A program made the translations under genes and the position numbers. Under the pieces are notes generated by a model. That model was not told the DNA's origin, did no database searches, and worked only from the letters and a program-made list of their open reading frames with translations. Shown one piece after another: positions 18,798 through 28,980 of a stretch of DNA of 64,000 nt. The stretch spans positions 82,765-146,764 of the forward strand of contig JBFIML010000003.1 of the NCBI GenBank assembly GCA_041611735.1, given 5' to 3'. How positions within the stretch are numbered: the stretch's first letter is position 1; every line of letters begins with the position of its first letter. The DNA is from Myxococcota bacterium. GTDB taxonomy: Bacteria > Myxococcota_A > UBA9160 > PR03.

Positions 18798-20048
18798 ATG
18801 CGCGTCGACGAGGTCCTCCACGAGGAGCGCGCCCGGTGGGGCAAGCCCCTGGACGGGGTGCGCGTGCTGGCCCTGGAGCAGATGCAGGCCCTTCCCTATG
18901 CGACCCAGCTCCTCGCCCGCCTGGGCGCCGACGTGGTGAAGGTCGAGCCGCCCGGGCGGGGCGACTCGGGACGCGCCTCCCAGCCGGCCCTCACGGACTC
19001 CGACGGGCGAAGCGTGGGCGCCACCTTCCTGCGCAACAACCTCTCCAAGCGCAGCATCGCCGTCGACCTCAAACACGAGGTCGGCCGGGAGCTGGTCAAG
19101 CGGCTGGTCCCCCACTTCGACGTGGTGGCCGAGAACTTCAAGGCCGGCGCCCTGGAGAAGCTCGGCCTCGGCTACGAGGCCCTGGCCGCCGGAGCACCGC
19201 GCCTCGTCTACGTCTCGATCTCCGGCTTCGGCAGCCGAACCGGCAGCCCCTACGCCGCGTGGCCGGCCTACGCGCCCATCGCCGAGGCCATGGCGGGCCT
19301 GTACGAACCGAACCGCAAGCCGGGCGAGCCGCCGCCGGTGGTGGTGGCGGGCGCCCTGGGCGACGTGGCGAGCGCACTGTTCGCGGTGATCGGCGTGCTC
19401 GCGGCCCTGCGTCAGCGCGAGCGCACCGGCGTCGGCCAGCAGGTGGACGTGGCCATGCTCGACGCCATGCTGGCCGTCTCCGACATGCCGCCCTTCCTGT
19501 GGTCCATGGGCGCGCCGACCCAGTGGGCGGCGGCGGGGCACCTGGCCCTGTGCGCCGCCTTCCAGGCGCGCGACGGCTGGTTCGTGGTGGCGGTCTTCCG
19601 GGAGCACCACTTCGAGCGCCTGGCCCACGCGCTGGGACACCCGGAGTGGATCGGCGACCCGCGCTTCGCCACCCGCGAGGGCTGGGCGAAGCACACCGAC
19701 GCGGTGATCCGGCCGGCCCTGGAGGCCTGGGCAGCCACACGCACCAAGCTCCAGGCGGCCCGGGAGCTGAGCGAGCACGGGATCGCCGCGGGCCCGAGCC
19801 AGACGGCGGAGGATCTCCACGCCGACCCCCACGTGCGCGCCCACCACATGCTGATCGAGGTGCCGCGTCCCGACGGCGGGCGCCCGTTCCTGGTGGTCGG
19901 GAACCCCGTCAAGCTCTCCCACATGGCCGAGGGGCCCGTGCGCCGCTTCCCGCGCCTCGGCGAGCACACCGACGACGTGCTGCGCGCCACCCTGGGCCTG
20001 GCCGAGGCGGAGCTGGCGGAGCTGCGCGCCCAGGGAGCCATCGCATGA
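18798..20048 (+). CDS. Class III CoA-transferase (CaiB/BaiF family)
   Basis: PLDGVRVL, LGADVVKVE, KRSIAVDLK, ENFKAG, SISGFG. Confidence 0.9.
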   Translation: MRVDEVLHEERARWGKPLDGVRVLALEQMQALPYATQLLARLGADVVKVEPPGRGDSGRASQPALTDSDGRSVGATFLRNNLSKRSIAVDLKHEVGRELVKRLVPHFDVVAENFKAGALEKLGLGYEALAAGAPRLVYVSISGFGSRTGSPYAAWPAYAPIAEAMAGLYEPNRKPGEPPPVVVAGALGDVASALFAVIGVLAALRQRERTGVGQQVDVAMLDAMLAVSDMPPFLWSMGAPTQWAAAGHLALCAAFQARDGWFVVAVFREHHFERLAHALGHPEWIGDPRFATREGWAKHTDAVIRPALEAWAATRTKLQAARELSEHGIAAGPSQTAEDLHADPHVRAHHMLIEVPRPDGGRPFLVVGNPVKLSHMAEGPVRRFPRLGEHTDDVLRATLGLAEAELAELRAQGAIA

Positions 20049-21196
20049 AGGGCCGCACGCGCGGCGCCAGGCACCGCCAGGCGGTCGTGGTCGGGATCCA
20101 CGCGCTTCCCTTCTCCAAGGACATGGGCATGACCGAGCGCAAGAGCGGGGCCCTGGCCATCCTGGGCGCCCTGCGGGACGCGGGCCTCGCGGTGGCGGAC
20201 GTGGACGGCATGTTCCGCTTCGTGTGGGAAGGCACCACCGAGATGGAGATGGCGCGCATCCTGGGCGTGCGCAACCTGCGCGCCTTCGGCGAGGTGGACT
20301 ACGGGGGTGGCGCGGGCGCCCCCACCGTCGCCCACGCGGCGCTGGCCATCGAGAACGATCTGGCGGACGTGGTGGTGGTGTGGCGCGCCCGCAACCGGAG
20401 CTCCGGTGGACGGCCCTGGGCGGCCCAGCTCCAGGCCAGCGGTCAGGACCAGTTCGAGCGGCCCTACCACGTGGTGCGTCCCGTGGACGGCATGGCCTTC
20501 CACACCCGCTACTGGATCCACCGCTATGGCTGGACGCCCGAGGTGCTGGGGCGGGTGGCGGTCACCCAGCGCGCCCACGCCCGGCGCAACCCCATGGCGC
20601 TCATGCAGAAGCCCATGAGCCTGGACGACTACCTGGCCGCCCGCCCGATCGCCGACCCCCTGCGCCTGTTCGACTGCTGCCTGGAGACGGACGGCGCCCT
20701 GGCCCTGGTGCTGACCAGCGCCGAGCGCGCCCGGGACCTGGACGCCACCCCCGTCTACGTGACCGGCTTCGCCATGGGAAGCGGACCCCAGATGACGGCC
20801 ATGACCTTCTTCTACGGGCCCGAGCTCGGCGCGACGCCGAACCGTTGGGTGGCACCGGAGCTCTGGCGCAACACGGGCCTCTCGCCCCGCGACATGGACG
20901 TGGTGCAGATCTACGATGCCTTCACTCCGCAGATCCCGATCGCTTTCGAGGAGTACGGTTTCTGTGGCGAGGGCGCGGCTCCGGCCTGGATGGCCGAGGA
21001 GCGGAACCCGCCCTACAACACCAGCGGCGGCGGCCTCTCGGAGGCCTACGTGCATGGCTTCAACCTCCTGGTGGAAGGCGTGCGGCAGGTGCGCGGGACC
21101 TCCACCTCCCAGGTGCCGGACGTGCGTCACTCCCTGGTGACGAGCGGAAACGTGGTCCCGACCGGGGCCATCGTGTTCTCGAAGGATGCGTGGTGA
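20045..21196 (+). CDS. Thiolase-fold lipid-transfer protein (Ltp2-like aldolase)
   Basis: YGGGAG in place of the thiolase Cys, LFDCCLETDG, QIYDAFT, NTSGGGLSEAYVHG, EGVRQVRG. Confidence 0.82.
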   Translation: MKGRTRGARHRQAVVVGIHALPFSKDMGMTERKSGALAILGALRDAGLAVADVDGMFRFVWEGTTEMEMARILGVRNLRAFGEVDYGGGAGAPTVAHAALAIENDLADVVVVWRARNRSSGGRPWAAQLQASGQDQFERPYHVVRPVDGMAFHTRYWIHRYGWTPEVLGRVAVTQRAHARRNPMALMQKPMSLDDYLAARPIADPLRLFDCCLETDGALALVLTSAERARDLDATPVYVTGFAMGSGPQMTAMTFFYGPELGATPNRWVAPELWRNTGLSPRDMDVVQIYDAFTPQIPIAFEEYGFCGEGAAPAWMAEERNPPYNTSGGGLSEAYVHGFNLLVEGVRQVRGTSTSQVPDVRHSLVTSGNVVPTGAIVFSKDAW

Positions 21197-21654
21197 GCGC
21201 GGCGGGCTTCGACCCGGCCCGCGCCTTTCCGGTGCCGGTCCCGGACGCCGACACGCAGCCCTTCTGGGACGCCTGCCAGCGGCGGGAGCTCCAGATCCAA
21301 CGCTGCGGCGATTGCGGCGCGTGGCTGTGGCAGCCTCGCCCGATCTGCTCCTCCTGCCAGGCGCCGGAACCCGCCTGGACGCGCGTCTCCGGCGACGGCG
21401 CCATCGCCTCCTGGATCGTGCTGCGCCCGCCCACGCTCCCGGCCTACGCGGACAAGGTCCCGTTCGTGGTGTTGCTGGTCGAGCTGGACGAGGGCGTGCG
21501 CCTGCTCGGCTACCTGGTGGACGACGCGGGAGACCTGCTACGGACCGACGGCGAGGCCGAGGGGGTCGCCATCGGGCGCCGGGTGGCGCTGCGCTTCCAC
21601 GACCAGGCGGGCACGCTGCTCGCCTCCTGGACGCTGGTGGGAGAAGGTCCGTGA
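21193..21654 (+). CDS. DUF35 Zn-ribbon/OB-fold protein
   Basis: PFWDAC...IQRCGDCG...PRPICSSC; VELDEGVRL; GTG overlaps the upstream stop. Confidence 0.88.
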   Translation: MSAAGFDPARAFPVPVPDADTQPFWDACQRRELQIQRCGDCGAWLWQPRPICSSCQAPEPAWTRVSGDGAIASWIVLRPPTLPAYADKVPFVVLLVELDEGVRLLGYLVDDAGDLLRTDGEAEGVAIGRRVALRFHDQAGTLLASWTLVGEGP

Positions 21655-22193
21655 AGCACTTCGAAGCCATCCAGACCGCCCTGGAGCGCATCGCCGGGGC
21701 GCGACGGCTGCGCGAGGGCGGCGCCGACGAGGCCGAGCTCCAGGGCTTCGCCGCCCTCCTGACCCAGCTCGATGGCCACGTGCGCGAGACGATCCAGGAG
21801 GAGACCGCCGACCGGGCGCTGGCGGTGATCCGCAAGCTCGAGACCGGCGCCCGCCTCGGGGAGGACGACCTCGAGCTGATCCGCCTGTGGATGGTGAGCG
21901 ACGCCGAGTTCTACGTGCAGCTGGAGAACGACCACCCGAACTGGGAGGAGGAGCTCGGGCGGCTGGCCGACGTCCTGGGAGGCCACCGGCGCTCGGTTCT
22001 CACCCTGGAGAACCTGGGCCGCATCCGCGGGACCCTGCGCGACGCCCTGCGCGTGGTGCAGGACCTGGTCTACTTCGAACAGCAGAAGCGACGGATCCGC
22101 GACTTCGAAGCCGCCATCCGACGGCTCGGCCGCGAGGACCGGCTCGCCCTGGCGCGCCTGCTGCAGCAGAAGCTCGAATCCGACGCGATGTGA
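21651..22193 (+). CDS. Hypothetical helical protein (180 aa)
   Basis: GTG overlaps the DUF35 stop; protein-like composition and GC3-rich codons; no motif recognised. Confidence 0.7.
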   Translation: MKHFEAIQTALERIAGARRLREGGADEAELQGFAALLTQLDGHVRETIQEETADRALAVIRKLETGARLGEDDLELIRLWMVSDAEFYVQLENDHPNWEEELGRLADVLGGHRRSVLTLENLGRIRGTLRDALRVVQDLVYFEQQKRRIRDFEAAIRRLGREDRLALARLLQQKLESDAM

Positions 22194-22199
22194 GCCCGC

Positions 22200-23438
22200 C
22201 TAGAGCTCGTCCTTCACGAAGCGGCCGCCCTTCAGGATCGCCTCGAGGCGTGAGCGGTCCTGGAGGACGGTCACGTCGGCGCTCGGGTCGCCCGCCACCA
22301 CCAGCAGGTCGGCGAGCTTGCCCTCGGCGACGCCGCCGAGCTCGTCTCCCCGGCGCATCAGCTCCGCCCCGTTCCGGGTGGCCCAGCGGATCACGTCGAG
22401 GGCCGGGATGCCCACCGTGTTCACGTAGAGGTCCAGCTCCTCCGCGTAGGTCCCGTGGGGCATCATCAGGAGCCCGTAGTCGTCGCCCAGCACGAGCTTC
22501 ACGCCGGCGGCGTTCGCCTCGGGCAGCATCTTGCGCATGTTGTCGAAGTCGCCGCGGATGGGCCGCAGCTGCTCCGGCGTGGCCTGGGCCACGTTGTCCA
22601 CGTCCCCGAGCAGCTTCTTCAGGAACAGCATGCTCGGGGCGAGGAACGTGCCCGCGCGCAGCATCGCGTCGATCACCTCGGCGTCGAGCTCGTCGCCGTG
22701 GTCGATCACGTCCACGCCGAGCTCGATGCACTCGAGCATCAGGTGCTTCCAGGGACAGTGGGCCCGCACCAGCTTGCCGCGCTCGTGGGCGGCCTCCACG
22801 GCGGCGCGCAGCTCGTCGCGGGAGAGTCCCCGGGTGGTGTTCGGCTCGGGGATCCCGTGTCCGCCGCTCGGGAAGAGCTTGATGATCTCGGCGCCGCGTC
22901 GGATCTCGGTGCGCACCTGCTTGCGAAATGCGTCCGGGCCGTCGCAGAGCAGGTGCCCGCCCGGGTTCCCGACCTCCCACCACCAGTCTCCCAGGGCGTT
23001 GTAGTCGCCGGTGGTGTCGAGCCCGTGGCTTCCCGCCAGGATGCGCGGCCCCTCGATCAGGCCGTCGTCGATGGCCATCTTGAGCTGGGCGTCGATGTCG
23101 TGGGGTCCGCCCGCCGAGACGACCCCCGTGAAGCCGCACAGCAGCGCCGTGCGCACGTTGTTCGCCGCCGCGATGGCCAGATAGGCCGGCGGCTTCTCGG
23201 TTCCCAGGGGAACCGGCTGCATGCTCACGTTCTGGTAGCTGGCATGGTAGTGGCAGGTGATGAGCCCGGGCATGAGGGTCCGGCCGGCCAGGTCGATCAC
23301 CCGGTCGTCCGGACGCGGAGCCGGGCCGCGCTCGCCGACGGCGACGATGCGCTCCCCCTCCACGACCACGGTGCTCCCCGAGCGGGGCGGACGCTCTCCA
23401 TCCAGCAGGTTGGCTCCCCGGAATACGATCCGCGACAT
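22200..23438 (-). CDS. Metal-dependent amidohydrolase (Xaa-Pro dipeptidase-like subgroup)
   Basis: MPGLITCHYH, GAEIIK, VRAH, IDHG, GDD, EGKLADLLVVAGDP. Confidence 0.88.
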   Translation of the reverse strand: MSRIVFRGANLLDGERPPRSGSTVVVEGERIVAVGERGPAPRPDDRVIDLAGRTLMPGLITCHYHASYQNVSMQPVPLGTEKPPAYLAIAAANNVRTALLCGFTGVVSAGGPHDIDAQLKMAIDDGLIEGPRILAGSHGLDTTGDYNALGDWWWEVGNPGGHLLCDGPDAFRKQVRTEIRRGAEIIKLFPSGGHGIPEPNTTRGLSRDELRAAVEAAHERGKLVRAHCPWKHLMLECIELGVDVIDHGDELDAEVIDAMLRAGTFLAPSMLFLKKLLGDVDNVAQATPEQLRPIRGDFDNMRKMLPEANAAGVKLVLGDDYGLLMMPHGTYAEELDLYVNTVGIPALDVIRWATRNGAELMRRGDELGGVAEGKLADLLVVAGDPSADVTVLQDRSRLEAILKGGRFVKDEL

Positions 23439-23467
23439 GTTCGGCTCCTCTCTCGCCCTCTCGCCGC

Positions 23468-26400
23468 TCAGCGGCCAACGGACGGGGCGGGCGCCCGGAG
23501 GCGGAAAGCCGCCAGGAGCTCGGCCTCCTTCTCCTTGGCCTCCGCCAGGTGGCGCTCCTTCACCAGGTCGAAGCCTCGCACGAGCTCCGGCAGGCTCGCA
23601 ATCTGGACCGCCAGGTCGTGGCTCTGCGGAGAAAGGCCGTCGAGCAGCTCCGCCAGGGTGGCTTCGTACTCGCGGATCAGGGCGCGCTCGCGGCGGCGGT
23701 GCGCCGTCCAGCCGAAGGGGTCGAGGAGCGTTCCGCGCAGGAAGCGGCCCCGGGCCAGCAGCCGGAGCACCGGGAAGATCCAGGGCCCCAGGGCGTACTT
23801 GCGCGCGCGGCCGGTCTCCGGGTCGCGGCGGTTCGCGATCTGCGGCGCCAGGTGCAGCTCGACCCGGAAGTCACCCTCGAACTCCTGCGCGATCTGGCGC
23901 CGGAAGGAGCCGTCCGTCCACAGGCGTGCCACCTCGTACTCGTCCTTGTAGGCCAGGAGCTTGAAGTAGTAGCGGGCCACGGCCTCGGCCAGGCGCGTCT
24001 CGCCAGCCACCCGCTGGCGCTCGCGGGTGGCCACCCGCTCCACCCGCTCGGCGTAGCGGCGCGCATAGGCCGCGTCCTGGTAGCCGGTCAGGAACTCCAC
24101 GCGGTGCGCCACCAGCCGCTCCAGGCCCGCCGGAGCCTCCCGCTCCGGCGCAGGGGGCCGCGCCACCGGCTCCACCGCGCCGAGATCGTGGGCGGCGAGA
24201 CGGCCCCAGGCGAAGGCGCGCCGGTTCATCTCCACCGCCTGCCCGTTGAGCTCGATGGCGCGCTCCAGGGCGCCCCGCCCCACCGGCAGCCGGCCGCGCT
24301 GCCAGGCATGACCCACCAGGAAGAGGTTCGTGGCCAGGGCGTCGCCCAGCAGGGCGGTGGCCAGCTGCGTGGCCGGCAGGAACTCCGCGTCGCCTTCGCC
24401 CACGGCCTCGCGGATCGCCTCCTCCATGGCGCGGGAGGAGAGGTCGAGGTCCGGGTGGGTGGCGAAGTCGGAGGTCGGCGAGACGTGGGTGTTGACCACC
24501 GCCGCCGTGCGCCCCTTGGCCATGGCGGCCAGGCTCTCGGCCCCCGAAGCCACCACGATGTCGCAGCCGAGCACGAGGTCCGCCGCCCCGGCCGGGATGC
24601 GGGTGGCGTGCAGGTCCTCGGGGCGCCGGGCGATGCGCACGTGGCTCGTGACGGGTCCGTTCTTCTGGGCGAGACCCGTCACGTCGAGGACCGAGCAGCC
24701 CCGGCCCTCCAGGTGGGCCGCCATTCCGAGCAGGGCCCCGATGGTGACGACGCCGGTGCCGCCGATGCCCGTGATGAGCACGTTGCAGGGCCGCGCCAGG
24801 TCCGAGAGGGCCGGCTCCGGGAGACCCGCGAAGATCGCCTCTCCACCCGGATCCGCGGCGGCGCGAGCCGCCCGCCGCAGACGCCCGCCCCGCACCGTGA
24901 CGAAGCTCGGGCAGTAGCCCTTGAGGCACGAATAGTCCTTGTTGCAGGAGGATTGGTTGATGCGCCGCTTGCGTCCGAACTCGGTCTCGACGGGCTCGAT
25001 GGAGATACAGTTCGACTGCACGCTGCAGTCTCCGCACCCCTCGCAGACGAGCTCGTTGATCACCACGCGGCGCTCCGGTTCCGGGAAGCTGCCCCGCTTG
25101 CGCAGGCGGCGCGCCTCGGCGGCGCAGGTCTGGTCGTAGACGAGGGCCGTGACCCCGGGAATCGCGCGCAGCTCGCGCTGCACCCGCTCGAGCTCGTCCC
25201 GATGATGGACGCTCACGCCCCTGGGAAACCGCGCGCTGCGCGGATACTTGTCCGGCGCGTCGCTCACCACGGCGATGCGCCGCACGCCCTCGGCGTCGAG
25301 CTGGCGCACGATCTCGGGCACGGTGACCTCGCCCTGGATCGACTCGCCCTCGATGGGCTGGCCGCCGGTCATGGCCACGGCCCCGTTCGCCAGGATCTTG
25401 TAGGTGATGTTCACCCCCGCCGTGACGGCGGCCCGGATGGCCAGCAGCCCGGAGTGGAAGTAGGTGCCGTCGCCCAGGTTCTGGAACACGTGGGGGGTCT
25501 CGGTGAAAGGCGCGGCGCCGATCCAGTTGGCACCCTCGCCGCCCATCTGGGTGACCGCGAGGGTGCGGCGTTCGGGCAGCCAGACCGCCATGCCGTGGCA
25601 GCCGATCCCCCCCAGCGCGAAGGAGTCCTCGGGCACCACGGTGGAGGTGTTGTGGGGGCAGCCGGAGCAGAAGGCGGGCAGCCGCGTCAGCGCGGCGGCC
25701 CGGCCCGGGGCCGCGTCCGGCGCTGGCGGTCGCAGCCAGGCCGCCGCCTCCGGGACGCGTCGCTCGATCCAGCGACGCAGGACCTGCGCCACCCGGGGCG
25801 GTGAGAGCTCGCCCTCGGCGGGAACCAGCGCCTCGCCGCGCTCGTCCGTCTTGCCCAGCAGACGCGGCCGGGGATCCTGGTTGTAGAGCAGCCGCGCAAG
25901 CTGCTCCTCCAGGAGCGGGCGCTTCTCCTCCACCACCAGCAGGTCCTGGAGCCCGCGGGCAAAGCGCAACGCCCCCTGTGGCTCGAGGGGCCAGGTGAGG
26001 GCGACCTTGTAGACGACGAGTCCGAGCTCCCGCGCGTGCGCCTCGTCGACGCCGAGCTCCGCGAGCGCCTGGCGCACGTCCCCGTAGGTCTTGCCGGCGG
26101 TCACGATGCCGAGACGGGGCCGGGGCGCGTCCCACACCACCCGGTCGAGACCGTTGGCGCGCACGAAGGCGCGCACGGCCTCGAGCCGCTGCTGGTAGAG
26201 CCGTCTCTCCACGGCCAGGGGCAGGTTCGCCCAGCCGATGTGGAGCCCCTCGGCGGGGGGCTGGAAGTCCTGGGGCGCGACGACGCGCACCCGGTCCGGG
26301 CCGACCTCCACCGAGCGCGCACTGTCCACCGTGTCGGTCAGACACTTCATGGCGACCCAGCAGCCCGAGAAGCGCGAGAGCGCCCAGCCCTGGAGCCCGA

Positions 26401-26956
26401 GATCCAGGTACTCCTGCACGTCGGCGGGGTTGAGGATCGGGATCCCGCAATGGATCAGGGCGGGCTCGCTCTGGTGGGCGATGGAGGAGGAGCGTGCCGC
26501 CGGGTCGTCGCCACACAGCACGAGCACGCCGCCCCGGGGCGCGGCGCCGGCGTAGTTGCCGTGCTTGAGCGCGTCGCAGGAGCGGTCCACGCCGGGGCCC
26601 TTGCCGTACCAGATGGCGAAGACGCCGTCGTAGCGCGCGTCCGCGAAGAGGCTGGCCTGCTGGGAGCCCCACACCGCCGTGGCGGCCAGATCCTCGTTCA
26701 CGCCGGGCTGGAAGCGGATGCGGTGCTCGTCGAGGAGCGCCTGGGCCCGCCACAGGGCCAGGTCATAGGTGCCGAGCGGCGAGCCGCGGTAGCCGGAGAC
26801 GAAGCCCGCCGTCCGCAGGCCTGCGGCCCGGTCCCGGCGCGCCTGCTCCAGGGGCAGCCGCGCGAGGGCCTGTACCCCGGTGAGGTACACGCGTCCCGAC
26901 TCGCGCGTGTAGCGGTGCTCGAGCTCGTAGCTGGCGTCGAAAGCCGGGCCGTTCAT
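23468..26956 (-). CDS. Indolepyruvate:ferredoxin oxidoreductase family protein (fused subunits)
   Basis: GFVSGYRGSPLG, NEDLAATA, FCSGCPHN, GDGTYFHSG, CEGCGDC..SNC, CLKGYCPSF, YKDEYEVARL. Confidence 0.93.
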   Translation of the reverse strand: MNGPAFDASYELEHRYTRESGRVYLTGVQALARLPLEQARRDRAAGLRTAGFVSGYRGSPLGTYDLALWRAQALLDEHRIRFQPGVNEDLAATAVWGSQQASLFADARYDGVFAIWYGKGPGVDRSCDALKHGNYAGAAPRGGVLVLCGDDPAARSSSIAHQSEPALIHCGIPILNPADVQEYLDLGLQGWALSRFSGCWVAMKCLTDTVDSARSVEVGPDRVRVVAPQDFQPPAEGLHIGWANLPLAVERRLYQQRLEAVRAFVRANGLDRVVWDAPRPRLGIVTAGKTYGDVRQALAELGVDEAHARELGLVVYKVALTWPLEPQGALRFARGLQDLLVVEEKRPLLEEQLARLLYNQDPRPRLLGKTDERGEALVPAEGELSPPRVAQVLRRWIERRVPEAAAWLRPPAPDAAPGRAAALTRLPAFCSGCPHNTSTVVPEDSFALGGIGCHGMAVWLPERRTLAVTQMGGEGANWIGAAPFTETPHVFQNLGDGTYFHSGLLAIRAAVTAGVNITYKILANGAVAMTGGQPIEGESIQGEVTVPEIVRQLDAEGVRRIAVVSDAPDKYPRSARFPRGVSVHHRDELERVQRELRAIPGVTALVYDQTCAAEARRLRKRGSFPEPERRVVINELVCEGCGDCSVQSNCISIEPVETEFGRKRRINQSSCNKDYSCLKGYCPSFVTVRGGRLRRAARAAADPGGEAIFAGLPEPALSDLARPCNVLITGIGGTGVVTIGALLGMAAHLEGRGCSVLDVTGLAQKNGPVTSHVRIARRPEDLHATRIPAGAADLVLGCDIVVASGAESLAAMAKGRTAAVVNTHVSPTSDFATHPDLDLSSRAMEEAIREAVGEGDAEFLPATQLATALLGDALATNLFLVGHAWQRGRLPVGRGALERAIELNGQAVEMNRRAFAWGRLAAHDLGAVEPVARPPAPEREAPAGLERLVAHRVEFLTGYQDAAYARRYAERVERVATRERQRVAGETRLAEAVARYYFKLLAYKDEYEVARLWTDGSFRRQIAQEFEGDFRVELHLAPQIANRRDPETGRARKYALGPWIFPVLRLLARGRFLRGTLLDPFGWTAHRRRERALIREYEATLAELLDGLSPQSHDLAVQIASLPELVRGFDLVKERHLAEAKEKEAELLAAFRLRAPAPSVGR

Positions 26957-26998
26957 GGGCGGAGTCCGATTCTAGCACCGCAGGCCACGGCGAAGCGC

Positions 26999-27892
26999 TC
27001 AGCGGCCCTTCGTCTCGCGCTCCTCGAGCGAGAAGGCTCCGCGCCCGAGCTGGTCACGGATCGGCGTGAACTCCGGCATCAGCATGGCGCGTCGCTGCCA
27101 GTTGGCACCGTCCACGACCAGCGTGGCCCCGCTCACGTAGGCGGCGTAGGGCGAGGCCAGGAAGGTGGCCGCCCAGCCGAGCTCGCGGGGGTGCCCCACG
27201 CGGCCGGCGGGTGCGCGCGCCCCCTCGCCCTCCCCGCGGCCGGGCACGCCGCGGATCGCCGCCGCTTCGTCCTCGTGTGGCATGAGGCCGGGCACCAGGC
27301 CATTCACGCGGATCCCGTAGGGTGCCCATTCGACAGCGAGCGTCTCGGTCAGGTTCTTCACGCCCGCCTTGGCCGCCGCCGAATGCGCAAATCCCGGCCC
27401 GCCGGTCCAGGCGTAGGAGGCGCCCACGTTCACGATCGACCCGGGAGCGCCCGCCGCCAGGTGGCGGCGGGCGAACTCCCGCGAGCAGAAGAAGGTGCCG
27501 TGCAGGACGATCTCCACCACTGCGCGCCAGCCGTTGGGGCTGAGATCCTCGGCTGGCACCGGAAAGTTGCCAGCCGCGTTGTTGACCAGGGTGCCGGGCA
27601 GGCCGAGCTCCGCCTCGACGCGGTCGAAGGCCGCCGCCACCGCCTCGGGGCGCCGCACGTCGCACCCGACGCCGAGGCCCCGGCCGCCGGCTTCCCGCAC
27701 GGCCGCCAGGCCCGCGGCCTGGTGATCCGCGTCGCGGCTCAAGACCGCCACCGCCGCTCCGAGGCGTGCGAACTCCACGGCCACGGCCTTGCCGAGACCC
27801 GTGCCGCCTCCGGTCACCACCACAGTATGTCCCTCGAAGGTGCCCCGCGGCAGGGCCGACGCGCCCAGCGCGGGCGGCTCCGGCAGGCCCAT
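26999..27892 (-). CDS. SDR oxidoreductase (2,4-dienoyl-CoA reductase-like)
   Basis: VTGGGTGLG, NNAAGNF, HSAAAKAGV, LAVEW. Confidence 0.85.
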   Translation of the reverse strand: MGLPEPPALGASALPRGTFEGHTVVVTGGGTGLGKAVAVEFARLGAAVAVLSRDADHQAAGLAAVREAGGRGLGVGCDVRRPEAVAAAFDRVEAELGLPGTLVNNAAGNFPVPAEDLSPNGWRAVVEIVLHGTFFCSREFARRHLAAGAPGSIVNVGASYAWTGGPGFAHSAAAKAGVKNLTETLAVEWAPYGIRVNGLVPGLMPHEDEAAAIRGVPGRGEGEGARAPAGRVGHPRELGWAATFLASPYAAYVSGATLVVDGANWQRRAMLMPEFTPIRDQLGRGAFSLEERETKGR

Positions 27893-28010
27893 GCGCTCCT
27901 CCCCGGCGCGTGCGACGCGCGTGGCCGGGAAGTCTCACCGACGCGGCCCGGGCCCGTCAAACCCGCGCGGCGCGAGCAGCCGGCGGATCGTGCCGGTAGT
28001 ATGCCCGCCC

Positions 28011-28973
28011 GTGCGTCGCCCTCCCTCCTGGCTCCGCCTCGCGCTCGGGAACCTGCTCCTGCTCGGCGTCCTGGCGGCCCTGGTCTTCGTCGCCGGCGAG
28101 CTCTACTACCGCTTCGTATACGACGAGCCGGATGGGTTCGGGGTGACCCTGGTGGAGCAGGCCTGGATGCGCCGCCACTACCGATTGAACCGCGCCGGGA
28201 TCCGCGATTCGATCGACGAGTATGCCCAGCGCCCGCTCCCGGGCCGACCGCGCATCACCTTCTTCGGCGATTCCTTCACCAACGGGCACGGGGTGGAGGA
28301 CGTGGAGGAGCGCTTCGCCAACCGCATCCGCGCGCGACGGCCCGACTGGGAGGTGCACGTCTTCGCCGCCGGGGGGCTCGACACCGGCCACCATCTCGAG
28401 CAGCTGCAACGCTTCGCCGAGGTAGGCTACGGCTTCGACCACCTGGTGCTCGTCAACTGCCTGAACGACATCGCCGACCTGGTGCCGGAGTGGGAAGCCA
28501 TCCGCGAGCGGATCTGGAATGCGCCGGACCCGGGCTTCTGGGTGCGCAACAGCTTCTTCGTGAATCTGGTCTACTACCGCTGGAAGGCGCGCTTCGACCC
28601 GGCACTGTCCGACTACTTCTACTTCGTGCGCGAAGCCTACGCGGGCCCAATCTGGGAGCAGCAGGCCGGGCGCCTGCAGCGAATCCGGGACGTGGTGCAC
28701 GGTGCCGGGGGACGCCTGCGGGCGGTCACGTTTCCCTTCGTGCACGCGCTCGGCCCGGACTACCGGTTTGCGGTGGCGCACGAGCGCCTGGGCGCCCGGT
28801 GGCGGGAGCTCGGGGTTCCGCACCTGGACCTGCTCCGCAGCTTCGAGGCCCTCGAAGCCTCGGAGCTGGTCGTGAGCCGCCACGACCCCCACCCCAACGA
28901 ACGGGCCCACGAGCTGGCCTCCCACGCCATCGAGGGGTTCCTCCAAGCGAACCTCCAGGCGGGCCGGCGCTAG
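28011..28973 (+). CDS. Membrane-anchored SGNH/GDSL hydrolase
   Basis: N-terminal TM; FFGDSFTNG, LND, DPHPN. Confidence 0.82.
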   Translation: MRRPPSWLRLALGNLLLLGVLAALVFVAGELYYRFVYDEPDGFGVTLVEQAWMRRHYRLNRAGIRDSIDEYAQRPLPGRPRITFFGDSFTNGHGVEDVEERFANRIRARRPDWEVHVFAAGGLDTGHHLEQLQRFAEVGYGFDHLVLVNCLNDIADLVPEWEAIRERIWNAPDPGFWVRNSFFVNLVYYRWKARFDPALSDYFYFVREAYAGPIWEQQAGRLQRIRDVVHGAGGRLRAVTFPFVHALGPDYRFAVAHERLGARWRELGVPHLDLLRSFEALEASELVVSRHDPHPNERAHELASHAIEGFLQANLQAGRR

Positions 28974-28980
28974 CGCGACC

